A stretch of DNA of 53,141 nucleotides from a virus (lineage: Duplodnaviria > Caudoviricetes): positions 1 through 53,141 of the IMG/VR virus record IMGVR_UViG_3300047564_007050; one strand, written 5' to 3'. The translations under genes and the position numbers were made by a program. Of this stretch, positions 1-9,704 are shown in pieces. The notes beneath the pieces were generated by a model that worked only from the letters and a program-made list of their open reading frames with translations, did not search any database and was not told where the DNA came from. Position 1 is the first letter of the stretch, and the number at the start of each line of letters is the position of its first letter.

Positions 1-189
1 ATTCTCATCTATCAATATATCTTTAGATATTGGCGGGTTTTTTCTTCTGTTGGTTATCGGAATATCGTAGTGCTTAAAGAGATTTCTTACATATTCTCTA
101 CACACTGAAAATTTCTCAGCAATTTCTCTCTGACTCATGTTCTTAGAAACACATTCAAGTAGTTCTGCCTTTTGAATTTTTATAATCAT
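1..189 (-). CDS. Partial HTH-domain protein, possibly the N-terminus of a free-standing homing endonuclease (runs off the window; not in ORF track)
   Basis: Manual translation from ATG at 189: MIIKIQKAELLECVSKNMSQREIAEKFSVCREYVRNLFKHYDIP..., open to position 1. SQREIAEKFSVCREYV is an HTH pattern. Confidence 0.6.
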   Translation of the reverse strand, partial: MIIKIQKAELLECVSKNMSQREIAEKFSVCREYVRNLFKHYDIPITNRRKNPPISKDILIDEN

Positions 190-234
190 AATTAAGTATT
201 CCAATAAGTACCAAATCACATTTAGTATCATGAT

Positions 235-266
235 ACAAAGAAAGGGGCAATTGCCCCTTTCTTTGT
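235..266. terminator. Intrinsic terminator after gp23 (perfect 32-bp palindrome, likely bidirectional)
   Basis: ACAAAGAAAGGGGCAATTGCCCCTTTCTTTGT is its own reverse complement, has a GC stem with T-rich tails and lies just past the gp23 stop. Confidence 0.85.
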
Positions 267-288
267 TGGTTACAAATCAACTCTAAAA

Positions 289-1632
289 TTAGAGGAGGTT
301 TGTTACTTTCACTTTGCGATAATATACGTTGTTACCAGCATTAATTGAAGTAGCAACGTTAAATGGTGTAGTTGCCGAAACCGCACCGAATGGATTAGAA
401 ACAAGCCCGTAACGAGTCTTGAAACCAATCTTAGGCTGAAACGAACCAGGGTCAATTGCCCTAACCATTTGGAGGGGTACATAAGGACAATAGAACAGAC
501 CAGCATCATACTGATTTGCGCCCTTAAACCCAACTACAAAGAAGTTTGGCTGATTAGCCGAACCAACAGGAGCATAAGGATCAATATAAACCTTAAAGCG
601 ACCATTGAGAACGCCAACAAAGGTGTTTCCAGTATCGTCAACTGTTAGAGAATCCTTAAGAGCCGAACCGCAATCAAGAAGACCAGCTACGCTAAGAGCA
701 CTAGCAGTATCGCTATCGCAGATAATCATGTTACCACGACCACGACGAGTTTCCTTAGCAATTGCATTAGCCTCACGCTCAATCTGAACCATGAGACCCT
801 TGTACTTCTCAACCGACCAACGACCATTAGAATCAACATCTAGGTCAAATGTGCCAGCAGTAGCAACGCCATAAGTAGCACCAGGCTTTGCGCTTCTATA
901 TACAGTGCGAACTACCTCACGGTTGATTTCAGCAAGAATCTCAGCCGAGAGAATATTAGCAAGCTCACTTTCAGCATCAAGACCGTGAACAGCCTTAAGA
1001 TCCTGAGCAAGCTCTAGTGAGTACTCAGCCTTAAGCGCACGAGTCTTGGCCTCTACGCTAACCTTCTCAATCGAGAAAGCCATCTGAGCAATGTCTGGGC
1101 TTCCGCCGCCTGTACCAAGAGCTTCACCATCACGAGTGAGGAAGCCAGTACCGCCAGTAAGATTACCAGCAGCAGTTCCGCCAGAGAATGGGTCAGTTGT
1201 GCCAGGTACCCATGAAGCATGAGGGCCGCCAGTTCCAGAGAAATCTGTGTCAGCCTCGTTAAATAGAGCCTCTGCGCCATCCTGTGCTGTGTAGCGAGAA
1301 CGCATAGCAAAGATAAGGCCAGTTGGTGCCTTCATTGGCTGTACGCCGCAGATATCAAATGCGATAAGATTAGGAAGCGCACGACGAAGCAGACCAATCA
1401 GAACTGGGTCATAGCCCTGCATCTGAGTATTTGCCGAGCCGCTATAGCTAGGATTAGTTAGTCCAGAGTTAGCTGGAGCTGCTTCTGAAAGCATTTCCTT
1501 ACGAGACTCGTTGATCTGGTTCTCAAGAAGAACGGTCATAACCGCCCTCTTGTGAGCATCACGAACCTCTGGCAACTCAGGATGATCGATTACTTTCGAC
1601 CACTTCTTTTCAAGTTCTTCGGTGAGATACAT
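289..1632 (-). CDS. gp23: Major capsid protein (T4 gp23 family)
   Basis: Motifs LIAFDICGVQPM, GLIFAMR, AKTRALKAEYSLELAQDLKAVHGLDAESEL, FQPKIGFKTRYG. AAGGAG SD. Probable maturation site LSE/A. Confidence 0.99.
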   Translation of the reverse strand: MYLTEELEKKWSKVIDHPELPEVRDAHKRAVMTVLLENQINESRKEMLSEAAPANSGLTNPSYSGSANTQMQGYDPVLIGLLRRALPNLIAFDICGVQPMKAPTGLIFAMRSRYTAQDGAEALFNEADTDFSGTGGPHASWVPGTTDPFSGGTAAGNLTGGTGFLTRDGEALGTGGGSPDIAQMAFSIEKVSVEAKTRALKAEYSLELAQDLKAVHGLDAESELANILSAEILAEINREVVRTVYRSAKPGATYGVATAGTFDLDVDSNGRWSVEKYKGLMVQIEREANAIAKETRRGRGNMIICDSDTASALSVAGLLDCGSALKDSLTVDDTGNTFVGVLNGRFKVYIDPYAPVGSANQPNFFVVGFKGANQYDAGLFYCPYVPLQMVRAIDPGSFQPKIGFKTRYGLVSNPFGAVSATTPFNVATSINAGNNVYYRKVKVTNLL

Positions 1633-1675
1633 TTTTATTCTCCTTTAATTAATAAAATATGAAACTTTATTATAT

Positions 1676-1683
1676 TATTTATA
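1676..1683 (-). promoter_or_regulatory. T4-type late promoter TATAAATA for gp23
   Basis: Exact consensus on the minus strand in the intergenic gap. Confidence 0.75.
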
Positions 1684-1694
1684 AAAATTATTAT

Positions 1695-2870
1695 TTACTT
1701 TCTTCCGCTTTTTGCACTTACCATTTTGGAAATTGCGGCGGCGAAAGCGTCGACTTCAGTTTTTGTTTCGGCACTCTCTTGTGGAAAGATACCACCCTCA
1801 ACTAAAAGATTATCACTAATATCTTTTGACTCTATTTTATTATTTGGAAAATAACTTTCCTTTATAACTTGTAGCTTTTTCTCAAAAGATTTTTCGTCAG
1901 CAAAAGAGACTCCCTCGCACAACTCTGAGAACTTAATGGCTTCGTTTTTACTCATACCATCAGACATAGAATTGACTATGATGCTCTTTTTTAAGCCGTT
2001 GTGCTGATTTTTTAACTCAACATTACGCTTAATCTCTTCATTAAGTTCATTCTCTAGAGCCTTAATCTTATTTTCTTGCTCTGAGAGAACATCTACCTTA
2101 CTCTCAGGAATATCAATAAAACTAGATTCAAAAAGACCCTTTAATCCCATAATGAAATTTTCAGTTAGCTCAGAGCGAACCTCAGAAACGATTGCGACCT
2201 CGTTATCCTTCATCCACTCTTCAACAACATAATTTAAATAGTTGTCTAACTTGTTAACTAAAGTCTCGCAAATCTCTTGCTCAGACTCTTTTAGCTTCTC
2301 TTCGTAAATTGTTGCCAGCTTTTCCTTTTCTGCCAGGATCTTCTTCTTGCTAGTTCTCTTTACCGAAGCCTCGAATATTGCAGAAACTTTCTCTTTGAAT
2401 GACTCAGAAAGCTCTTCACCATCAGTAAGAGCCTTTGTTGCCTCTTCAACGTCTTTCTTCTCATCATCAGACATCTCAGCAGACTCTTCCATCTCTTCTG
2501 GCTCTTTTTCAGCCTCTTCTTTCTTTATTGAGCCCATGTTTAAATCTGTCCAGCCCTCTTCTACAGAATCAGACTTCTCATCCTCATCCTCATCTTCGTC
2601 ATCAGACTCTTCTTTCTCTTCGCTCATTTCCTCTTTATCGTCGGTCTCGTCTGAATTTTCCTTTAGGTGATCTGGAATTTGAGCCGCTGCATCCGATGCA
2701 TGAACTGGAAGATCTGAAGCTGAAGACTCTTCTACAGTCTCTTTCTCATCTTCCATCTTATTCTCCTTAACTTCTTTCTTATCAGAAGATTCAGCAGCAT
2801 GTTGCTCTTCATCTTTCTTATGCATATTCATTTCAAGAATATCGTCCAAAAATTTTTTCGTTATGCTCAT
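1695..2870 (-). CDS. gp22: Prohead core scaffold protein (gp22)
   Basis: Acidic N-terminus; LSESFKEKVSAIFEA and YLNYVVEEWMKDNEVAI...FIMGLKGLF motifs; directly upstream of gp23. Confidence 0.93.
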   Translation of the reverse strand: MSITKKFLDDILEMNMHKKDEEQHAAESSDKKEVKENKMEDEKETVEESSASDLPVHASDAAAQIPDHLKENSDETDDKEEMSEEKEESDDEDEDEDEKSDSVEEGWTDLNMGSIKKEEAEKEPEEMEESAEMSDDEKKDVEEATKALTDGEELSESFKEKVSAIFEASVKRTSKKKILAEKEKLATIYEEKLKESEQEICETLVNKLDNYLNYVVEEWMKDNEVAIVSEVRSELTENFIMGLKGLFESSFIDIPESKVDVLSEQENKIKALENELNEEIKRNVELKNQHNGLKKSIIVNSMSDGMSKNEAIKFSELCEGVSFADEKSFEKKLQVIKESYFPNNKIESKDISDNLLVEGGIFPQESAETKTEVDAFAAAISKMVSAKSGRK

Positions 2871-2909
2871 TTTATGCTCCGAATTTTATTATATGCTTTA
2901 TAGCTTATT

Positions 2910-2917
2910 TATTTATA
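2910..2917 (-). promoter_or_regulatory. Late promoter TATAAATA for gp22
   Basis: Exact consensus, intergenic. Confidence 0.7.
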
Positions 2918-2922
2918 CATTT

Positions 2923-3276
2923 TTAATTTTCTCTAACTCTTACTAATATTTCTCTTTCCAACTTAGATGCGTTGTCAAAAGTCACTAATATCGTTACTTT
3001 ATAATCATAATTATGCTCTCCTCCGGTTAGTTGAATTCTAACTGCGGTTTTGCTAGGAGACAGTATAGTAGGAGTTGTAGAAACTAAAAATGAGTTTGCT
3101 GCTTCTTTAACATCTGGCACTTTTCTTTTCCATCTAACTGCGCTAGCTGAAGCAAGGGTTATTTCAGTTGCTCCCCTTGGTAAAACATGAAGTTTTCCAA
3201 ATGAAATGTCCATCGTTAGCACTTCATTAGGTTGCTTAACTTCAGCTAAAATTAGATTTTCAGTGTTGATATACAT
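2923..3276 (-). CDS. Hypothetical virion protein resembling phage fibre-tail adaptor proteins
   Basis: KQPNEVLTMDISF...GGEHNYDYKVTILVT...LEREILVRVRE pattern; tightly packed in the operon. Confidence 0.55.
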   Translation of the reverse strand: MYINTENLILAEVKQPNEVLTMDISFGKLHVLPRGATEITLASASAVRWKRKVPDVKEAANSFLVSTTPTILSPSKTAVRIQLTGGEHNYDYKVTILVTFDNASKLEREILVRVREN

Positions 3277-3279
3277 TAA

Positions 3280-3726
3280 TTATAGCTTAAATATTAATTT
3301 CTTATTATTATTTTGGTCCGGAGCCCACTCTATAGTTGCAGTAGATTGTGTTACAGGAAGTCCGGTTGTTATGCCAGTGGCAGTATCAATAAATGCAACT
3401 AGATAGCTAGTGGCTTCTGTGTCACCAGCATTTTGTTTTATTATCGCAATATAACGTATTGTTAATCCAGATGTGGTTGATAAGCCACTAAATGATGCCG
3501 GATTAGCCGAAGCCACGCCATTGGTTACGTCTTTTCCAGCAAGAGCGGCAGAAATGCCAATTCGAGCTGCACTAGGAATATCGCTTAAAGCAACATGATT
3601 TACCGAAGGTGTGTATGCATTACTAATTAATACTGCCTTAAATGTATCACCCAAACCACCAGTTCCCCAATTTAGCTGCCCGCTAAGAAACTTTTCTTTT
3701 GCTTTATTATATACAAAATTTGACAT
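3280..3726 (-). CDS. Hypothetical virion structural protein
   Basis: YNKAKEKFLSGQLNW...DTFKAVLI...HVALSDI...IFKL pattern, recalled from phage tail-module proteins; operonic spacing. Confidence 0.6.
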   Translation of the reverse strand: MSNFVYNKAKEKFLSGQLNWGTGGLGDTFKAVLISNAYTPSVNHVALSDIPSAARIGISAALAGKDVTNGVASANPASFSGLSTTSGLTIRYIAIIKQNAGDTEATSYLVAFIDTATGITTGLPVTQSTATIEWAPDQNNNKKLIFKL

Positions 3727-3737
3727 TTTATAAGTTC

Positions 3738-4397
3738 CTACTTAGACTCAAGAAATTTTATGAATTTAGTAAATGCGGCCACACTAGCCTCTTCTAAATT
3801 GCGCTTGGCGCTTTTCTGAATGTCACGTTTAATATTGGCTAGGTGTTTTTCTTTTAATAGTCCATTATCCCACACCCACTCTTTACCTTCCATAATGCCA
3901 TTAACAAATGCATCTGGAGCCGAAGGATCAGCAACAATATCTGCGGCAGTGGCTAAATAAAAATCGTCTTGAACAATCTGAATATCTCTACCTTCAGTTC
4001 TAAGAGAGCCCATGCCCCTAGATGAAACGCCAAGTCTAGCGCCCTCGTCTATTAAAGACTTAACGATATTTCCCATTGGCGTTGACATTATCTTGGCTTT
4101 TCCGTAAAAGTTATTTCCGTCAACTTTCATTTCGGTGATCATGTGCGATACACGGTCTAGGTTTATAGTTGGGCCATCTGGATGGCCAAGTTCTCCGAAT
4201 GCTCTATTTTTATTAACATATTCACGAGTATACCTAAGTATTTCTTTTTCAAGAAGTTCTCTAGGATACATTCTACCATTTCTGTTTTTAAGTTCGGCCT
4301 GAAGAAATATTCCCTCTATAAAATAATTTTTTGGAGATTTTTCAGCTCCCTCTTTTATTATTTTAATTTCTTCGGTAACTTCGCAAATTAATTTCAT
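3738..4397 (-). CDS. gp21: Prohead protease (gp21)
   Basis: MKLICE start; IEGIFLQAE, NRNGRMYP, GELGHP, GVSSRGMGS, DIVADPSAPDAFV. Confidence 0.98.
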   Translation of the reverse strand: MKLICEVTEEIKIIKEGAEKSPKNYFIEGIFLQAELKNRNGRMYPRELLEKEILRYTREYVNKNRAFGELGHPDGPTINLDRVSHMITEMKVDGNNFYGKAKIMSTPMGNIVKSLIDEGARLGVSSRGMGSLRTEGRDIQIVQDDFYLATAADIVADPSAPDAFVNGIMEGKEWVWDNGLLKEKHLANIKRDIQKSAKRNLEEASVAAFTKFIKFLESK

Positions 4398-4564
4398 ACC
4401 TTGAGCTTCCTAAATAGTTTTTTTGATAGTTCTTTCTTTTTATTTTTAATTGCCTTTCTAATTTTTATCAGCAAAGCATGAGTAACGTGCTTTTTTAATC
4501 CAGCAGCATCATCAGTTCTCAATGAAGAAATTGCATCATTTAGTATTTTTTTAGTATCACTCAT
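4394..4564 (-). CDS. Small basic protein, probable prohead core protein at the gp67/gp68 position (not in ORF track)
   Basis: Manual translation MSDTKKILNDAISSLRTDDAAGLKKHVTHALLIKIRKAIKNKKKELSKKLFRKLKV (56 aa). ATGA overlap with the gp21 start; TATAAATA at 4580-4587. Confidence 0.7.
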   Translation of the reverse strand: MSDTKKILNDAISSLRTDDAAGLKKHVTHALLIKIRKAIKNKKKELSKKLFRKLKV

Positions 4565-4582
4565 AATATCACCGTGTTATAT

Positions 4583-6139
4583 TTATATTTTACTTTTAAT
4601 GCCTTCTGGCGGAGGCTCTCCTTCTACACCAGGCAAGCCTAAATCGGCAGTCATCTTTCTTTCAACACCTATTTCATTCTCAATTCTCAATCGCTCATCG
4701 TTTGTTTGATGAAGAACGTTTCTCTTAACCCATTCTTTAGAAAAATACGTTGATGTATATGGTTCAATTTGCTGCAATAATTCTAATCTGGCCTTTAATA
4801 CTTCACCCTCTTTTAATTCTGCGTAGTGATTATCAGTATTGAAATCGTATTTAATTTCTTCTTTTATTGACGGCCACTCGTCTAGTTTTATTATGTTTTT
4901 GCTAACAAGTTGCTTCTTTAACAAATCATCAAACAAATGAGAAAACCTAAGTCTAATTCTATGAATAAACTTAGCAAATTTAACCTCATCTCTTTGTATT
5001 TCTGCGGCTCTGCCTATCTGAAACCCCTCGCCACGCTCTAGTCTAGAAAGGGGCACATTTAAAGCTCTATAAACTTTGCGCTGAAAGTATTCTACGTCAG
5101 CAAGCTCACCAAGGTTTTCGCCTCCGGGTAAAGTATCAATAGAAGTTCCTTGAGAACCTTCTCTTCGAGGTAGCCAATAATCTTCTAACATTGACATGAA
5201 GCGGCGGTCTTCACGCATCTCTCCGGTCTCTACATTATACTGCAACTTATTGCGGTATCTTTGCATTACAGTTCTGAGATATTCATCTGCTTTAGATTTT
5301 GGCAAATTGCCGACATCGACATAAAATATTCTTCGCTCTGGTGCTCTAGCAATACGATATATAACTAAAGCGTCTTCCATCATTTTTAACTGATTGATGG
5401 GCTTTATGGCTTTATGAATGTTTGATAAAATTGCAGACGAATATTTGTCAACTATACCAGAATGAACATAGCAAATTGAGTCTGGACGTATCTTTACTCC
5501 AGCCATAGTTGCTATGGTTGTATATGAGTTCGGAGCATTGAAATTTATGCCCCTACTGGCATATGAGTAATACTCATCTTTGACTTTTAGCAATTCAATT
5601 CCGCTTACAGGATCAATTGTTTTCTCAACCTCACGAATTTTCCTAATTTGTCTTGGGTCTACATATCTTAATTGAAGTATACCTTTATTGCCATCATCTA
5701 AAATGACGTGATAATAAATTCTGCCGTCTATATACCAACGACGAGCAATTTCATATGCCTGGTTGTTCCAGTCTAATAGAGTTAAAACGTTATCAAACTC
5801 TTCTTCTATTATTCTTTTTAATGGCTTGTTTAATTTTACGCTGTCTAAGTTTATTTTTACCGCATCTGTGGTGCCGTCCATTATCAGCATTTCATTGATG
5901 ATGTCGTCTATGGCATAATCAACGTCTGGCAACAGTGCTAATTCTCTATATCTTGTGATAAGCTCAAATTCATTTTTTATAGTTCCATCAAAATCTATGT
6001 ATGCGCCATATGCACCAGCTACGCCAGCAACATTTACTGCACCATCATAATTTTCCGGAAGAACAAATGACTTTGCATCTTCTTTTTTAATTTCTTCTTT
6101 AGTTTTTTTAAAATTCCAACCAAATAGATTAAATGCCAT
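4583..6139 (-). CDS. gp20: Portal vertex protein (gp20)
   Basis: RRWYIDGRIYYH, NQLKMMEDALVIYRIARAPERRIFYVDVGNLPK, MLEDYWLPRREG. Confidence 0.99.
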   Translation of the reverse strand: MAFNLFGWNFKKTKEEIKKEDAKSFVLPENYDGAVNVAGVAGAYGAYIDFDGTIKNEFELITRYRELALLPDVDYAIDDIINEMLIMDGTTDAVKINLDSVKLNKPLKRIIEEEFDNVLTLLDWNNQAYEIARRWYIDGRIYYHVILDDGNKGILQLRYVDPRQIRKIREVEKTIDPVSGIELLKVKDEYYSYASRGINFNAPNSYTTIATMAGVKIRPDSICYVHSGIVDKYSSAILSNIHKAIKPINQLKMMEDALVIYRIARAPERRIFYVDVGNLPKSKADEYLRTVMQRYRNKLQYNVETGEMREDRRFMSMLEDYWLPRREGSQGTSIDTLPGGENLGELADVEYFQRKVYRALNVPLSRLERGEGFQIGRAAEIQRDEVKFAKFIHRIRLRFSHLFDDLLKKQLVSKNIIKLDEWPSIKEEIKYDFNTDNHYAELKEGEVLKARLELLQQIEPYTSTYFSKEWVKRNVLHQTNDERLRIENEIGVERKMTADLGLPGVEGEPPPEGIKSKI

Positions 6140-6184
6140 AATTATTAGTTCCTAATATGCTCAGTATTACTATTTAGTTCTATA

Positions 6185-6907
6185 TTATGAGTTTGGTCCT
6201 ATAACCCAATAGTCATATTTAAATGTTACTGAAAATTCTTCTATTTTTTCATCTTCCCAACTAAGTTCTATCGAACCTACGGATATAGGAAACATGTTTA
6301 CAAATTTATAAGTTCTTATTGGAATTGGCTCAACTTCAGTCAATTTAGAAGTTGCAGAGTTTCTAGAAAATCTTCTATCTATAAATCTATCTGGATTTGC
6401 AGGATCATAAACATCACTTTCAAGAACGGTGCTTTCGTATTTAACTGGCTGCTTTATTGAATTTCTTTCTACGTATGGTGGTCCAAGAGAAGTTTGTGAA
6501 AATTGCTTAATAACTCCATCAACTTGATATGAACTTGGAGAAGAATTTACTCCACTATTTTTAATATTGCTGCTATGTCCATTCATAGCACCAACCCAAA
6601 ACTCAAAAGTTTTTCTTATATAAAAATCTTCATCATTGATTACCGTTATCGTAAACGGGTCAAAAACTTTAGTTCCTGCCGTATATACCTCTCTTCCTTG
6701 ATATGGAACCGTGACTGCATCTATTGATGTTGATGGCAAAAATGCACTTTTACACAGAAATTTTAACTTTCTAGAAAATTGATTTAATTCAACATTTTCA
6801 TCTGATATGTTTAATCCTGGGGGATAACCCATTTGAACTTCAAATAAGTTAGTTCTGGCTCCACCATACAGCAAATTAGATTTGAAGTTCTTGATGTTAA
6901 ATGACAT
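6185..6907 (-). CDS. Tail tube-like protein (second gp19 paralogue)
   Basis: GGARTNLFEV...F-PFTITVINDEDFYIRKTFEFW...FSVTFKYDYW is colinear with the adjacent gp19, with a roughly 45-aa insertion. Confidence 0.85.
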   Translation of the reverse strand: MSFNIKNFKSNLLYGGARTNLFEVQMGYPPGLNISDENVELNQFSRKLKFLCKSAFLPSTSIDAVTVPYQGREVYTAGTKVFDPFTITVINDEDFYIRKTFEFWVGAMNGHSSNIKNSGVNSSPSSYQVDGVIKQFSQTSLGPPYVERNSIKQPVKYESTVLESDVYDPANPDRFIDRRFSRNSATSKLTEVEPIPIRTYKFVNMFPISVGSIELSWEDEKIEEFSVTFKYDYWVIGPNS

Positions 6908-6925
6908 ACTCTCTCAAAATATAGT

Positions 6926-6947
6926 AAAACGCCTTCGTGAGAAGGCG
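6926..6947 (-). terminator. Putative intrinsic terminator between the two tube genes
   Basis: Minus strand CGCCTTC-TCAC-GAAGGCG followed by TTTT. Confidence 0.6.
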
Positions 6948-6995
6948 AATTACCCGTAACAAAACTCAACAACGCATTATATAAATGTGTTGTTA

Positions 6996-7598
6996 TTAGA
7001 GAACGCCAAGATCGTTGTTGTTTTCAATTACCCAATAATCATAGGCAAAAGTAACATCAAAAGTTTCAAGCTCATCGGTTCTATTCCAATCTAGTTCAAT
7101 AGCGCCAACTTCAGTAGGAAACAAGTTGATGAACTTGTATGCTCTAATTGCCAACTCTTCTGGACCCTTGCTGAACTGACGAACTATTGCAGTGGCCTGA
7201 TAATCTGCCGGTCTAGATGTAGCACCAGAGTTCTTAATGTTTGTCTCGTGGCCATTTATTGAAGCCAACCACTTCTCCATCGACTTTCTAATAATGAAAT
7301 CTTCATCATTAATTACTGTTATTTTCCAGGGCTCAAATGTTCTTGCTCCGGCAACCTTAACCTTACGACCAAAGTACCCAACATCAATCGCATCAACCTT
7401 ACTTGCTGGAAGACTTGTTGCGTTTGCTAAAAATGCAACCTTTCTCTCAACCACGGGGGCTGGAATTGCTGTTGCATCAGTAATACCATTGTTTACTGGA
7501 TCAGCCAAAGCTGGAAGGCTTAACTGAACCTGAAACAGAGAGGGGCGAGCCCCTCCGAAGGTCAGTTGGTTCTTAAATTGATTTACGTTAAATGTCAT
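6996..7598 (-). CDS. gp19: Tail tube protein (gp19)
   Basis: GGARPSLFQV, GRKVKVAGARTFEPWKITVINDEDF, FPTEVGAIELDW, FDVTFAYDYW. AAGGAG SD; AATAAATA at 7629-7636. Confidence 0.97.
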   Translation of the reverse strand: MTFNVNQFKNQLTFGGARPSLFQVQLSLPALADPVNNGITDATAIPAPVVERKVAFLANATSLPASKVDAIDVGYFGRKVKVAGARTFEPWKITVINDEDFIIRKSMEKWLASINGHETNIKNSGATSRPADYQATAIVRQFSKGPEELAIRAYKFINLFPTEVGAIELDWNRTDELETFDVTFAYDYWVIENNNDLGVL

Positions 7599-7634
7599 TG
7601 TTAAATCTCCTTAAAATATCGGTATATGTATTTA

Positions 7635-9590
7635 TTAAGCCTTTCCAACTATTTCAGAGAAATCAACACCAGTTCTAACAGCGATGAAGTTGAGTTGGAT
7701 AAAATTGATCGCCCTAGCTGGTTTTATGTAAATGTCACCAACAAACTCGTTTCTATCTATAACTTCTGCGGTATTATTTGACCTATCGCAAACAACCTTG
7801 AAGTCATATATACCACGACGACCCTGAACATCTCTCAAGAACGGCTCAACGAGATTTCTGAACTGCTGACGAGTAAACTCATCATTGAACTCGAACAACA
7901 TATACTTAGCCGCCCTTGCAATTGCCTTTTCAAGAACAATGAACAATCTGCGAACATTGATTCTATCAAATGCGCTTGGCTTTGACTGGAGAGTCTTGTC
8001 GCCGAACAATAGTGTGCCCTGACCAGGAGTAGAAATTACAGGATTTATACTGTTCAAGTATAAATCATCCCTCTCAGCCTTGTATGGGCTATATGCCAAC
8101 TTCACTACATTCTTGATTAAACCACGATTGTAGCCAGCAGGAGACCACCAAGGATCTTGATTAACATCTGTACGAACGCAGATACCGGCAATATCACCGT
8201 TTAATGGAATCCATCTGAATGTATCATTGTACTTATCGTACTGATATTTCCAGTTGTTGTCCATTACTGCGTAAGAAGTTGAAAGGTTCAAGCTATTCTT
8301 GAAAGCTATTGTATCAACAACCTCATTTCCTGAGTTATTTACGACATCTGCTCTCTCTGGCGAAAAGAATGCAACGCAATCAAGACGCTCTTCGCAAATG
8401 TTACCAACTACGTAGTTAACTGTGGCCGCATTTGCCTCACCCAAAAGAACTAGAGCAACGTCAACTTCTTCGGCATTCTTAAACAAGTCGTATCCAAGAA
8501 GACGCTTAGACAAAAATTCAGTTGTGGTAGTAGTGTTACCATCAACTCCACCACTAAGGCTATTGGTGGTTGGAAGTTGTGTTGCACTTGCTGCCAATGG
8601 CAAAAAGTCAACCGCACCAACAGGGCTTCCCCAGGTAGTTGTTTCTTGGTGGTCTAGCCAACGAATATACTGAGAGCTTCTATTTACTGCATCTACGTAA
8701 TATATTGATGTTCCATCGGCAGACTTGGCGTTAGACGCCTTAGAGAGAAATGCATATCGCTCAAGAACTGTGCCCTTGATACCGCTTATGATGCCATCTT
8801 CGTCAACCACAACAACGTGAAGTTCATCACGAGTACCACCGGCTGCTGCAACTACATCAGACGTGCCTGGAGCAATACCAAATACATCAGCATATTCCCA
8901 TCTTGCAGTTAAAGTTCCTGTAGTTATTGCTGTATTAAGAGCAACATCTATGGTTATAGTGTCGGTTGAAGGATTAATTGCAACAACTGTTCTTTCTTGA
9001 TTAGAGGCTGCATGTTTGATTATAGAGCCAACTACAACCTCATTTTCGGGCGCAGCTCCGGTTCCGGTTAATGTAGTAGAGCCCAGTGTTCCGGAGTAAG
9101 TGCCGGTCAGGGTCTTGTTAAAGGCTTGTGCACTTGGACAAATTGAAACTTTTAGAGTATTTCCCAAAACTCCTGGGTATTTTGCCGCCCAATTTCCAGC
9201 TTTTCCTTCTCCTGAAGAGTAACTCGTTTCATAATGAGCATCGTTTTTTATTAGTAGTCCGAAAGTTCTATTTTCTGGCAAAGGGGCAGAATCTTCATTT
9301 ACTGCGGCTGTTGCATTCTTTGCAATAGTCTCCTCAGCAACACGAACCAAGCGAAGTTTATCGCCATATGCCAAAAAGTTTGCTGCGGTGAAAAATGAAG
9401 TTGCCGTATTGTTATCTGGCTTGCCGAATCTCTTAACAAGAAGGTTTTCGTCTCCTACTAAAACTATTTCATTTAGTGGTCCCCATGTAAAGGCTCCTAC
9501 GAAAGCACCATCTGTTGTAGATACAGAAGGAACAATAGTGGTAAGATCCTTCTCGGTTACTACTACTCCTGGCGATACTTGAAATCCCAT
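7635..9590 (-). CDS. gp18: Tail sheath protein (gp18)
   Basis: SPGVVVTEKDLT, WWSPAGYNRG, FGDKT...SAFDRINVRRLF, FEFNDEFTR, YIKPARAINFIQLNF. Confidence 0.99.
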   Translation of the reverse strand: MGFQVSPGVVVTEKDLTTIVPSVSTTDGAFVGAFTWGPLNEIVLVGDENLLVKRFGKPDNNTATSFFTAANFLAYGDKLRLVRVAEETIAKNATAAVNEDSAPLPENRTFGLLIKNDAHYETSYSSGEGKAGNWAAKYPGVLGNTLKVSICPSAQAFNKTLTGTYSGTLGSTTLTGTGAAPENEVVVGSIIKHAASNQERTVVAINPSTDTITIDVALNTAITTGTLTARWEYADVFGIAPGTSDVVAAAGGTRDELHVVVVDEDGIISGIKGTVLERYAFLSKASNAKSADGTSIYYVDAVNRSSQYIRWLDHQETTTWGSPVGAVDFLPLAASATQLPTTNSLSGGVDGNTTTTTEFLSKRLLGYDLFKNAEEVDVALVLLGEANAATVNYVVGNICEERLDCVAFFSPERADVVNNSGNEVVDTIAFKNSLNLSTSYAVMDNNWKYQYDKYNDTFRWIPLNGDIAGICVRTDVNQDPWWSPAGYNRGLIKNVVKLAYSPYKAERDDLYLNSINPVISTPGQGTLLFGDKTLQSKPSAFDRINVRRLFIVLEKAIARAAKYMLFEFNDEFTRQQFRNLVEPFLRDVQGRRGIYDFKVVCDRSNNTAEVIDRNEFVGDIYIKPARAINFIQLNFIAVRTGVDFSEIVGKA

Positions 9591-9648
9591 GTCTATCTCC
9601 TATTATAATTAAGAATACCGTTTATATTGGTAGTTTTCTTTTGCTTTA

Positions 9649-9656
9649 TATTTATA
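9649..9656 (-). promoter_or_regulatory. Late promoter TATAAATA for gp18
   Basis: Exact consensus, intergenic; a second ATAAATA lies at 9699-9705. Confidence 0.7.
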
Positions 9657-9704
9657 AAAAAATGTTTCTTATGAAATGTCAGAACTATACGTGTTCTGTA
9701 TTTA

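Noticed and set aside
2430-2820. Low-complexity TCT/TCA repeats
   Set aside because: Explained by the Glu/Asp-rich N-terminus of the gp22 scaffold.
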